Assembly (NCBI RefSeq): GCF_004010195.1
Contig: NC_057718.1
Coordinates: forward strand, 64,857,548 to 64,921,547
From: Chiloscyllium plagiosum
Taxonomy: Eukaryota
Reading direction: 5' to 3'
DNA length: 64,000 bases
The position numbers were made by a program, and so were the translations under genes. The notes under the pieces are model-generated. The model made no database searches. It was not told where the DNA came from and saw only the letters and a list, made by a program, of their open reading frames with translations. Of the stretch, positions 38,985 through 50,987 are shown piece after piece (the first letter of the stretch is position 1; the number at the start of each line of letters is the position of its first letter).

Positions 38985-41945
38985 TGAACATAGATTAGAA
39001 CAGCCCAGGAACAGGCTTTCTGGCCCACCATGTCTTTACTGACCATGATATAATTCCAAATTAATCTCATTTTCCTGCACATGGTCCATATCCCTCTATT
39101 TCCTGCCTGTTTATGTGTCTGTATAAATGCCTCTTAAATGTTCCTATCATATCTGCTTCTACCACCTCCCCTGGCAACACTTCCAGGAACCTACGTTCCT
39201 CTGAGTTAAAAAAAACTTTCCTCGCACATCTCCTTTAAACTTTTCCCCTCTACCTTAAATCTAATTCCCCTCTAGTATTTGACATTTCCATCCTTGGAAA
39301 AAGACTCCAACTATCTGCCCTATTCATGTCTCTTATAACTTTATATGTATCAATCAGTTTGTCCCTTGCCATCTGATACTCTAGTGAAAACAACCCAAGT
39401 TTACCAACTTCTCTTTTTTCGCTAATAACTTCAATTCAGGCAATATTCTGGGAAACATCTTTTAATCCCTGTGCCTCCACATCCTTCTTATAGTTTGCTG
39501 ACCAGAACTGCACACAACACTCCAAATGTGGCCTAATAAAAAGCTTTATACTTGGTAATTTTTATACTTAATATCCCAACTGATCTATGCAAGCATGCTG
39601 TATGCTTTCTTTGCAAACTTAACCACTTGTGTTGCCACTCTCAGGGAGCAATGGGCTTGCACCCAAGATCCCTATGTAAATCAATGCTCCTAATGCCCAT
39701 TTGTTTAGTGAAACAAAATAAATGAAAGAACTGCAGATGCTGGAAAGCAGAAACAAAAACAAAAACAGAAATTGCTAGAAAAAACAGGTCTTGCAACATC
39801 TCTTGCTGAGTTTTTCCAGCAGTTTGTAGATAAGACAAAAATTGATGGAGTTGTGGATAGTGAGGAAGTTATCATAGGATATAGCAGGATATAGACTAGT
39901 TGGAAAGTAGGGCAGATAAAAGACAGATGGAGTTTAATTGGGACAAGTGTGAGATGGTGCATCTTGGGAGGTGAAATACAAGAGGAAAGTATGCACTAAA
40001 TTAGATTAGATTAGATTACTTACAGTGTGGAAACAGGCCCTTCGGCCCAACAAGTCCACACCGACCCGCCGAAGCGCAACCCACCCATACCCCTACATTT
40101 ACCCCTTTTAGCCTAACACTACGGGCAATTTAGCATGGCCAATTCACCTAACCCGCACATCTTTGTGACTGTGGGAGGAAACCGGAGCACCCGGAGGAAA
40201 CCCACGCAGACACGGGAAGAATGTGCAAACTCCACACAGTCAGTCGCCTGAGTCGGGAATTGAACCCGGGTCTCTGGCGCTGTGAAGGCAGCAGTGCTAA
40301 CCACTGTGCCACCGTGCCGCCTACAGAATGGCAGAAATGAAAACAAAAACAATAATTGCTGGAAAAACTCAGCAGGAGATGTTGCAAGACCTGTTTTTCT
40401 AGTAACTATTGTTCGAGTGCCTCCTTCTTGATGTTAAAAATTATCATTTAAGTATGGATTAGTAAAAGTGAAAACATGGCCTGATAATTTTAACAAAAAA
40501 GTTGAGGACATTCCAAGTAGTTAAGCCTGTGTGTTGCTAATAAATAGCGCCCAGCCAATGAAGAATGCAAGGCAAAGGAAATTCTGTGCTGTAAGCTGTT
40601 AATATAAAGGTTGGCCTTTGAATGAAGAATTGCAGAAATGAATCATGTAGCTGAATTAAACAATTAGTTGTGTTTATCATATTGGAAAACTTTCCTTTAT
40701 AATTCAAGAACTAGATGAAGTCATTTGCAAAAATGTTTTGAATGATGTGATAGATCATTGACCAAGATATATTTTGCAAAATGATCTTTATGCCAGTTTG
40801 CAACTTGCTTATAAGTATGTCGGCGCAACATCATGGGGCGAATGGCCTGTACTGTGCTGGAATGTTCTATGTTCTATGGTTTTCATTCCTGCCACTTAGT
40901 GCGCATTTTCCTCTTGTATTTGACCTCCCAAGATGCACCATGTCATACTTGTCCCAATTAAACTCCATCTGTCTTTTATCTGCCCAACTTTCCAACTGGT
41001 CTATATCCTGCTATCTTCTATGATAATCTTCGTCACTATCCACAATTCCACCAATTATTGTACAAAGGTACAAATCAGATCACTTGCATTTTCATCCAAA
41101 TCACTTACATAATTATAAACAACAAGGGTCCCAGCTCTGTTCTTTACCAAACGCCACACGTCACAGGCCTCCAGTCAGACAAACACCCCTCCATAGCTAT
41201 CCTCTGTCTTCTATGGCCAAGGTAATTTTGTATCCAATTTTCTAACTCAGTATGGATCTCATGAGGCTTAATCTTCTAGATCAGCCTACCATGAGGAACC
41301 TTGCCAAATACTTTAGTAAAGTACATATAGACATCATCCACTGACCTATCCTCGTCAATCACCTTTGTCATTTCTTCAAAAAACTCAATCAGGTTTGTGA
41401 GACAAGACCTCCTACGCATAAAGCCATGTTGATTATCCATTCTTCTCCAAATGAAAGTAAGTCCTGTCTTGAAAAATAATGTCTAATAATTTTCATACCA
41501 CTGGCGTCAAGGCTGACCAGCCGATAATTTCATGGAATATTCTTACTCCCCTCTTAAACAGAGGAACAACATTGACTACTCGCCAGTCCTCTGGGACTTT
41601 GCCTTTGGCTAAAGAGGATACAAATATCTCTGTCAAGGCCCCAGCAATCTTCTCCCTTACCTCCTTCAGTGTCCTGAGATAGATCCCATCAGGCCCTGGG
41701 GCTTATCTACCTTAATATTTTTAAAGACACCCAATACCTCCTTTTTCTTAATATCGACATACCCTTCCCTAGTCTCACCTTCATTCATGTCCTTTGTCTT
41801 GGTGATTATTGATGCAAAGTTCTTATTAAGGACCTCACCAATTTCTTCTGGCTCCACACATAAATTCCTCTCTTTGTCCTCAAGTGGATCTACTCTTTCC
41901 CTAGCAATGCCCGATCTTAATATATGTATAAAATGCATTGGGATT
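38985..41945 (-). mobile_element. Degraded CR1 LINE, interrupted at ~39692-40885 by a complex insertion
   Basis: PLEDKERNLCVEPEEIGEVLNKNFASI...LGVFKNIKVDKP; CR1 3' tail at left (gaacatagattagaacagc). Confidence 0.8.
40001..40321 (-). mobile_element. Young full-length V-SINE (HE1-like)
   Basis: Closely similar to 33500-33828. Confidence 0.95.
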
Positions 41946-43739
41946 CTCCATGTGGTGAGGGGTTTCAGATCCATGGAGCTTCAGAGTGTGTTAGGTTTGG
42001 GTGTTAAGGTGATGAATTAAAGTGAGGTTTAGTGCTGAAACTGTGGTGCTGTTTATGGGCCAGATAGGGATCTGAATGATGTGGGCTATGGCGGTGAAGA
42101 TAGATTGCAGGCTATATTGGGCACTCAGGGACTGCACTCAGCCCACAGACTGGACTCAGGGATTGTTGTTTTCTCTCTTAGTGCTTGCTCACTTCACAAC
42201 TACCTGCATGCTCAAAGCATTCTTGCTCTGCCAATTAGCAGCCTGCCTTACTGCACCACAGTTCTCAGTCAAGTGGGGGAGATTCAGCTTGTTGTCAAGA
42301 ACCATGTAACATTAACCTCACACCAACTTAGTCCCAAGTACATTGCAAGTACATCAAGCAGACACTCATGTCTCAAAATCTTAGGGACTGGTCCTCACTG
42401 AAATCAAAGGTGGAAGCCATCAGTCCAAGGGTCCAGGTTCAGCAAGTCAAGGGCAGGCAGTGCATGTGAGTCCAAGGGATTAGCCACAGTCAAGTGTCTA
42501 GTCAGGCTGAGCTCAGTGAGGGGATCCATGTCTCTGCAGTCCAGATAGTTGGTCGCAGTCAATTTTGTGGCTACGTTGCAGCAGGTCTGGCAGGTAGCAC
42601 TCATCAACTCACAGAAATGCACACCCTCCAGTCGGGGTCAGGGCTCTTCTTGTCTGGGGCTATTTGGTTGGTTCACTCAAGTGAGACAGGCAACATTAGC
42701 CACTGAAATAGGAAGGAGACTTAGAAATCTATTCTCCAGGACTGGGGACTGTAGGTCTGGGCAAAGGGGTTGACAATTGTGAAGAGGGACAACCAAGTGA
42801 AATACAGTGATGCATGAATAGGAAGAGGGTCATGTAAGAATGGAGTTTGTCCACAGTCAGGTGAACCCTGGCTGTATGGTCATATGCCATGGTCACCTCA
42901 TGAGCCAGGAGACTGAATGGGGAAGGTGGCAAGTGGAAAGTCATGTAGATGGGTTCGGTGGCATCTCAGAAGGTGTGAAGCCTCTGAAGTTAATGAGAAG
43001 GGCTACAAGGCAGGGCATTGGATGTTCAGAAGTTCACCAACATGTAAAGGCAGAGGATCAAAGCCACAGGCTAAGGAGCACTCACTCTCAGCTTCCACCA
43101 TGCTGGAAATTGGAAGTGTGCTATGGGGAAGAAATTGGCTCTGGCCACTTTTGAAGCAGTGGGGTCAGTGATTTGACCTTTGTAAGAGGGGGCTGCAGGA
43201 TTCAATGATGTGGGGTCCTTTACAGGGTAACGTTACACACACACTCATACACTGCACAGGACACAAACCTACAGGGGTCCTAATCCCTTGCCAACCTAAT
43301 GTATTCCTCCCTTCTTCGTGTTTTATCTCCCTGCCTCAGACATCACTGACAAACTCATTCACACCAACACTTTTCAACATACAGAGGCTGGGAAAGAATG
43401 TACACAGCACAGCCTGGTCCGACTGTAGAGCTGGGTGCAGGTCCCTGTTCATAACGATTCTCTGCAGCCTGTAGCCTGCAATGCTATCTACACAGCCATA
43501 GAACACATCACTCAGATCTCTGTAAGACCCATTAAACTGATCTCACCAGTAAACCCTGCTTTAATACATCACGCCAACACCTGCACCTAACCCTTCTAAT
43601 TCTCCATGGATCTGAAACCCCTAACTAATCACCATCCCTAATCCCCAAGACTCCCTCCTTCCAGCTGGATGAACCCCCATTGCCTCCAACTCCCACCAGC
43701 AATTAGCATTTCTAGTGACCTACCCTAATCACTTACCCA

Positions 43740-44020
43740 TGTACCTGGCACCATACCCTTTCACCTGCCAACTGTTTCAATCCCTCACCCACCTTTAATG
43801 TTACCCTATCACTCTCTTGGCAACAATTCCTTTACCCACCTAGCACTGCAACCCCTCTCCCACTCACCATCCTAAGCTGTCACCTGACAGCCTTACCCAC
43901 TTGCTATTCTAGCCCCTCACCCACTTGTCAACCTAGTTCCTCACCCACTTGGTATCCTATCCCACTCACCTACCACCCTACTCCCCACCCACATGTGACC
44001 TCAACTCCTTCACCCACCCG
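43740..44020. repeat. Degenerate ~24-bp C-rich tandem repeat (CCTCACCCACTTG...)
   Basis: cctYacccacttg recurs at 43891, 43915 and 43939, with weaker copies on either side. Confidence 0.6.
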
Positions 44021-44950
44021 CCAGATGTTGCCAGCAGTTTAAACATCAAATAGCTTTACTGGAGAAAGCTTCAGATTCAGAACTTCTCGAAAGGTAACTG
44101 TGCTTTCATTTGAATGGAGTCAGAAATTAGGGATTCCAATCCTGATTGGAAGATCTGAGCCAATATGGCAAAGCTTTCATCATGCACTCAACTATTTTTC
44201 TTTTTGCTGTGAGATGTCAAAACCAGTCTGGTCTTTTGACGTTATTGATGGAGAATTATAAAGCTATGATATACTCACGAACTCCAATAAACTGATAAAT
44301 TCAAATGATACAATCTATAGTAAAGTAGTCACATTAAAGTGAACTAAAAACAACAATCAAAACTGGGAGTTTGGCATTCCAATTGATCATTGACTTCTGA
44401 ACATTGAGAGTTTTTTCTGCATCTTTAAAAGGACAAATCAGTGTTTTTGTTTTAAATTTAAATTTAAAAACTTAAAATTCATTTGGCTATAATATTGCAT
44501 TAATTTTGTCAAAAAGCAGAAGTCTATCATGATGGCTACTTTGCTTTCTTTGCAGAATGTTGAACCAATGTCCCTTGTAATATTACAGAAAACGTGTATG
44601 AAGAGCGAAACAAGCAAACTGGACTTCAAAACATGCTCCTCTTACAATAAAGGAATTAACTTTCAGGAAAGTCAGAAATAGATTGCTTTTTTTTCTTCCA
44701 ATTTCAGCAGGAAAAAAACTTCTGAAATTAGGAAAGTTGGAAATCACAAGTATCTTGAAATACATTCTTCTCAGAGACTGCCTGATGTAACAGTTGATCT
44801 TTGCATTATTACCTGTGAACAAATGAATTGAGTTTCCCAAGAAAAAGCATATAAATTAAAATTGCATAAAAATGATTATTTAATTTAGTGATCACACTTA
44901 TCCAATTTCCAGTTCATCCAACGTTCCTCAAAATTGTAAAACATAACTAC

Positions 44951-45039
44951 CTAATCTGTTGCAAGGATTCCGCTTGAAGAGTGCTCGCAAAAGGCTTTGG
45001 GCTTCTGGGCTTAAGAACTGCGGCATTCCCAGCTTAGCT
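44951..45039 (-). CDS. RPS6KA2: RSK3 coding exon (K)[29 protein letters not shown](G)
   Basis: 89 bp; acceptor gtcttctag, donor gtagtt; [12 protein letters not shown] is RSK3-like. Confidence 0.96.
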
Positions 45040-45460
45040 CTAGAAGACATACAGACAGCAAATATCAGTGAATAAACAGACAAAAGTTATTTAAAAGTAT
45101 TTTGAAACAATTTGTTCTCTTGTCCCACAGATTCTGCTAACCCTGACTTTCACCTCTCCTTAAAAGAGTGTCTTGTGCCCAGCTGAAAGCTGATATCTAT
45201 TAACTAGCTGCAGGATTGAACTTAATGCTACCAGGCACCCAGAGTAGGCAGCCCTGTCCTTTTCTTTGACTTACATCTATACATGGATTTCCCAGCAGGG
45301 ATCATTGGATAGTGATCAGGAATGGAAACTCTGCTTGATATTTCTTTTTTCTCTGGTCTAACAATGTTAAAATGATTCGGAGATGCCGGTGTTGGACTGG
45401 GGTGTACAAAGTTAAAAATCACACAACACCAGGTTATAGTCCAACAGGTTTAATTGGAAG

Positions 45461-45495
45461 CACTAGCTTTCGGAGCGACGCTCCTTCATCAGGTG
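45461..45495 (-). ncRNA. Minimal type-I hammerhead ribozyme motif (family C), sense to RPS6KA2
   Basis: cac-CUGAUGA-a-GGAGC guc GCUCC-GAAAG-CUA-gug; predicted cleavage 3' of the A at 45464. Confidence 0.78.
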
Positions 45496-45500
45496 ATTGT

Positions 45501-45535
45501 CACCTGATGAAGGAGCGTCGCTCCGAAAGCTAGTG
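45501..45535 (+). ncRNA. Minimal type-I hammerhead ribozyme motif (family C), plus strand
   Basis: Identical motif cacctgatgaaggagcgtcgctccgaaagctagtg; predicted cleavage after A45532. Confidence 0.78.
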
Positions 45536-46189
45536 TGCTTCCAATTAAACCTGTTGGACTATAACCTGGCGTTGTGTGATTTTTAACAATGTTAAAATGA
45601 ATTGCCAAAGCCCCACTGCACCCTAATTAAAATCATCTACTTCAAAACAGGCAAAATATGAAATTTAGGACCTTCCTAATTTGCATGGTTTCACACTATA
45701 GCAATGCAGTTCAGGAATAGCAAAGGGTAGAAAATTGATGGGAATAGTTTTACAGCTCATTCACCCCTAACAATAGCTAGTGTTGGAAAGAGAACATATA
45801 AAAACATTGGAGTACCATGCAACAAGACACAATATGGAAAAAGCTTTAATCTTCATGTAGATTGGGTAAACTAAATTGGCAACTGTAGTTAGAGGACATG
45901 TTCATGAGCGAATCAATGAGACAATAGGTTTTTTGAAATTTAGCACTGTGCAATGAGACAGTGTTAATTAACACATTCATAGCAAAGGATCCATTGCGGC
46001 ATAGTGATTGTACTGATTTACATCCAGCTGAATAGTGACAAATGTTTTGACTTGGAGATTTTTTAGTTCTATTGGAGAGAGTTTAAGCATTGAGAACCTG
46101 AATGTAGTTTCTGAAGGGAGAGGAGTAAAACTGGGCCTGGAAGGCAGAAATTTGCAGATCGTTGTGAAAGCAAAGACTTTGCTGAACAA

Positions 46190-46770
46190 AGAGACCTTGG
46201 AGTGCAGGTACATAGCTCCATGAAAGTGAAGTCGCAGGTAGGTAGGATAGTGAAGAAGGCGTTTGGTATGCTTTCCTTTATTGGTCAGAGTATTGAGTAC
46301 AGGAGTTGGGAGGTCATGTTGTGGCTGTACAAGACATTGGTTAGGCCACTGTTGGAATATTGCGTGCAATTCTGGTCTCCTTCCTATCGGAAAGATGTTG
46401 TGAAACTTGAAAGAGTTCAGAAANNNNNNNNNNNNNNNNNNNNNNNNNNNNNNNNNNNNNNNNNNNNNNAGTCCAGAACTAGAGGGCGTAGGTTTAGGGT
46501 GAGAGGTGAAAGATATAAAAGAGACCTAAAGGACAACATTTTCACACAGAGCATGGTGGAATGAGCTGCCAGAGGAAGTGGTGGAGGCTGGTACAATTGC
46601 AACATTTAAGAGGCATTTGGATGGGTATATGAATAGGAAGGGTTTGGTGGGATATGGGCCGGGTGCTGGCAGGTGGGACTAGATTGGATTGGGATATCTG
46701 GTCGGCATGGACAGGTTGGACCGAAGGGTCTGTTTCCATGCTGTACATCTCTATGACTCTATGACTCTAG
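46190..46770 (+). mobile_element. Young 5'-truncated CR1 LINE (contains a 46-N gap at 46424-46469)
   Basis: LYKTLVRPLLEYCVQFWSPSYRKDVVKLERVQ; tail ctctatgactctatgactcta; same family as 28860-30378. Confidence 0.92.
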
Positions 46771-47019
46771 ATGACGGTCAACAAAGGTTGAATGACTAAT
46801 GGTATATACTTGAACATAAAGAGTCTAGTAAGTAAGACAGGTGATTTCAGCACACAGATAGGCAGTTGAAAGTATGATATTGGAGCCATTTCTGAAGTGG
46901 CTTAAAGAGGGTAGGATGGCCCCTCAATGTTTCTGGTTACATTGATTAGAAAGGGTAGAGAAGGAAATAAAATACGAAAGACATCGCAATATTCAATTTC
47001 AGAAATAAATCACAGTCTG

Positions 47020-50000
47020 AGAAGGGTTGATATGCCAGGATGTGTATCCAAAAAAAAGTCATATGGGTTGAACTGAAAAATAAATAAGAAATCATTCTGC
47101 TGGGAGTATACATTAGATCCTCAATAGGGGAGCAAATCTGCAGTCAAATTACTACAGGGTCAAAATCAAAAAGTGCACAACTACACAAATATTAACTGGG
47201 ATAAATTTAGTGTTAAAGGTACAAACAACTCAGAATTCTTAAACTGTATGCAAGAAAATAAATCAAAGAACTGCAGGTGCTGCAGATCTGAAAAATTGAA
47301 ATTGCTGGAGAAAATCAACAATTCTGGCACCATCTGCGGAGCAAAGATAGACTTAATGTTTTGAATCCAGTGACCCTTCCTCACAACCAATGGCAGCAAG
47401 GAAAAGGTGATTTGTGCTGACTCATCTTTGCTGGGCATATTCATCACTGCCGGCTTATACGGCTATTATGCTTGAAATTAGGTTGACCTCTTGGATCAGA
47501 TTAGTGGATCCCCGTATACTAAAGGAACTGAGGGAAGAAATAGCAGAGATTCTGGCCATTATTTTCTAATTCTCTCTCTGGTCATGTAGTACCAGAAGAC
47601 TGGAGGACTGCCAATGTTTTATCATTACATAAAGGATGGAAGAGTTATACTGAGCAATTATAGGCCCATCAGTGAAAACCTGGGGAAAGGCAAATTATTG
47701 AAAAAATCCTGACAAATAATATAAATTGTTACTTAAAAGGGCATAGATTAATTATGGACAGTTAGCATGGATTGATTAAGGGAAAATCATTCCAATTAAC
47801 TTGATGAAATATATTGGGAGGCAACAGACAGGAGAAAGCATAGAGCTGGGTGATACATTTGCTAATGTAAAAATGGATTTTAGAAAGACTTAAGACAAAC
47901 TCCCACAAGATAAACTGGTCAAAAAAATTAAAAGTTCATCGGATCCAGGGGAACATGGTGAATTCAATCGAAAACAGTTCAGTGACTAAAAGTATAGGAT
48001 TGTAGTGGATAGTTTTGTGATTTGGGTAAGTCAGCACAGATATTCCCGAAGGGAAAATTATGTTTGTCAAATAAACTAAGAGCTATTAATGGTAGTAACA
48101 TATTTTGATTTTCAAAAGGCATTGGTTATGTGTACCATGCAAGAAATTACATCAGATTGGCGATAATATTTTAGTTTGGATTAGAATTGTTTGACACGCA
48201 GTAAAGAGAGAATAAAATTAAAGTGGTTGGCAGATTGTGCCTAATAAGGTGTCATCTGGATCAATATTTGAGCATCATTTACTATATATTGCAATGATTT
48301 AAATGAGGCAACTGAATATGATGTTTCTAAATTTATTGATAAAGCAAAGTTTGATGGGAGACTAAACTGTGAGAAGAACACAAGAAGACAGCAAAGGGAC
48401 ACATACATGAGTGGGTGACAAGGCAGCAGACAGAGCAAATACAGGAAAAAGTGAAAGTTGGCAGCAAGGAGAGAAAAACAGAATATCATTTGAAAAGCAG
48501 AAACTAATAAACATTTGTATTCATAGTTTAGGATCCTTGCTCAAGAAAGTTAATATCCAGGTACAACAAGCAATTAGGAAGGCAAATGGCATGTCATCTT
48601 TTATTATGTGGCTGAATTCAACAGTAATGTTGCAAGTATATGCAACACTTGTGAAACTATTCATAGAATATTGAGTACAATTTTGGTCTCTGTACCCAAG
48701 GAACAACATACACAGAGCTCAGATGGCGAATGACAAAAGTTCACTGAATTAATTCTTAGGATGAGAGATGTTTTCGAAGGTCAGTTTAAATAAATTGGGC
48801 CTATATTCTCCAGATTAAAACAAAATGATGGAAATACTCAAAATGCAACACTGTGGAACAGAAACAGAAGTTTCAGGTCGATGATGCTCCACAACTGATG
48901 AAAAGTCATTTATCTAAAACTTTGGATGGAATTTTATATATCCCCTCTAAGGGGAGAGGGGGGAGGTGTGATAAGTTGGCTGCTCAGACCACTACTCTCC
49001 CACTCTGCCCTAGGCTCAACCACTGGAATTGGCAGCCTATCCACCATCTGCAAATAAGTTGTTAACAGTGAATTGAGTTCGTCTAACTCCAGTATTAATC
49101 TGCCCACTCTGTAACCCAGACAATTTTAGTGGGTAAGTGGGCGTGGGCAGGACATTTAAAAAATGTGTTTTAAAGGTCAGGGAGGAAAAATGTTACTATC
49201 TCCAGAGCATGCCATTTTATATGGGTGACCCACGCTCAGAAGATATTATATTGCCTTCCTTGCTGCACACATGGACTTTGAAATTCACCCCTCTATCCCC
49301 CAATCCTAAGGTCATCACATTCATTCTCTTCATTCAAAACTCCAACATTACCTAGGTCGGGGATCCATTGGGACATTCTGATTGAGATTGGCTGCAGTCC
49401 CAGCAGTGTCCACTATGAACCTCTGATACTGCTAACTCTGGTGAAGATACCATCCCATTGAGGGCCGAGTCCCATTCACTACTAATTTATCCCATCCACG
49501 TTACATTATGGTTGCGGGGCAGGCTTCTCTAAGTCTGTTGGCTCACTGCTGATTTTCCTTCTGTCAAAGAGGTGAGATGCCCAGCACCCGCCCTCTCCCC
49601 CACCAAACTTCTGTCTGTTAACTCTAGTTCTCTCCACAGATACTGTCAGATATGCTGAGCATTTCCAGCATTTTCTGTTTTTATAACAGATTATCAGTAT
49701 TTGCAGTGCATTGCTTTAGCTAGACTCTCTGGAGCTTAGAACAGTGAGAGAAGATCTCATTGCAATATGAGGAACAATTTCGAGGGCTTGACAATGTGGA
49801 TTACTGAGAAGCTGTTTGCTCTAGATGGAGAGACTGGAACTGGCATTTATTGTCTCAGGGTAAAGCATCAATCATCTAGGATTGAAATGATGAGAAATTT
49901 CTTCAATCAGATGGTGATGAAACCTTAGCATTCCCAAAGAACTGTGTTTGCTCAGTCATTCACTTCAAGGTAAAGATCGATAATATTTGGACACTAAATG

Positions 50001-50120
50001 AGTCAAGGTATATGTGGATAGGCTGGAAAAGTAAAGTTGAGGAAAAAGAATATTCATGACCCATTCAGTTATGGAGCACGCTGATATGACCACATGGACC
50101 ATTCACGATTTTATTTTTAA
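47020..50120 (+). mobile_element. Fragmented old CR1 LINE(s) with nested PLE-terminus and other insertions
   Basis: EDWRTANV, NYRPIS, HGLIKGKS, DFQKAL, VQQAIRKANGM...LQVYATLVKLFIEY; PLE ends at ~47260-47390, ~48830-48920 and ~49617-49715. Confidence 0.65.
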
Positions 50121-50916
50121 GTTTTTATTGGATTGATCCAATGAAGTATTAAAATGAAATATTCATTTCACACAACATTAAAAGAGCAAACTTTTTTTTC
50201 TGCCTCAGATTAATGTATTTGTACCAAATCAGTCTCAAACATTTGGCACTATGACAATGTGGAACTCTGCAATTGGGATGAATTATTTAAGAAAAATTAA
50301 AAAGGCTCATGTCTTACTTACAGTGTGTGACAATCCATTTCCTGTGTATGAAGGGTTGGAATTGAAGGCTTGATGTATGTTTGGAACAGTGTTGCCAAAT
50401 TTAAAATATTCAGCTCTTATTTATCTGAGGTGTATGGAGGTACTTAGATCTACTCAATGCCTTCTCTTCATAAAGCCTTCAAGATATCTCTTTGATTACC
50501 TCTTTTGAGATAATCCATCAACGTAATGATTTTGGTCCAATTTTACTTTGCCAATATCTCTTTTGAACATTAAGTTTTGGTATTGGTTAGAGGGCAAGAG
50601 AAAAGGCACAATTCAGTATAGGCATGATTGAACTTAATTTTAGAAGTCAGGATTATGGCAATCCTACATACAGCTTTACTTGTAAGAAAACTACTGAACC
50701 TCATCACAAATGTAGCAGAAAGACTGGAACATTGAGGTCAAGCTAAGATGTAAACTTTTAGCTGAAAGATTGACTGTGCAGCCTCGTTTTTCCAAAGCAT
50801 GAGCTGTGCTTCTCTCACAATTTATGCTATTTAAAGTAAGTTATCAGTAATGCACTGAATCTAAGTTCTTTAAACAGTGAATTAATCTGACACTTTTTAA
50901 ACAAAAACTTACTTAC

Positions 50917-50987
50917 TTGAGTATAAGTGCCATGGTTTCTTTCCTGTCCTTGCCTTGGAAAGGCAGCGACCCTGTTAACATCTCAAA
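50917..50987 (-). CDS. RPS6KA2: RSK3 coding exon, N-terminal kinase domain subdomains IX-X: FEMLTGSLPFQGKDRKETMALIL(K)
   Basis: 71 bp; acceptor ttattgcctag, donor gtaagt; GSLPF and ETMALILK distinguish RSK3 from RSK1/2/4. Confidence 0.96.

Larger units (their letters stand above)
45376..45587. mobile_element. ~210-bp palindromic non-autonomous Penelope derivative (family C) with two hammerheads
   Basis: Arms 45411-45496 / 45500-45587 (one mismatch, one 2-nt indel, 3-nt loop); 35-nt tail 45376-45410; 17-bp TSD taacaatgttaaaatga at 45359-45375 and 45584-45600. Confidence 0.9.

Noticed and set aside
41950..43500. Cluster of short overlapping ORFs, possibly another Harbinger-like fossil
   Set aside because: No motif recognisable with confidence; left unannotated.
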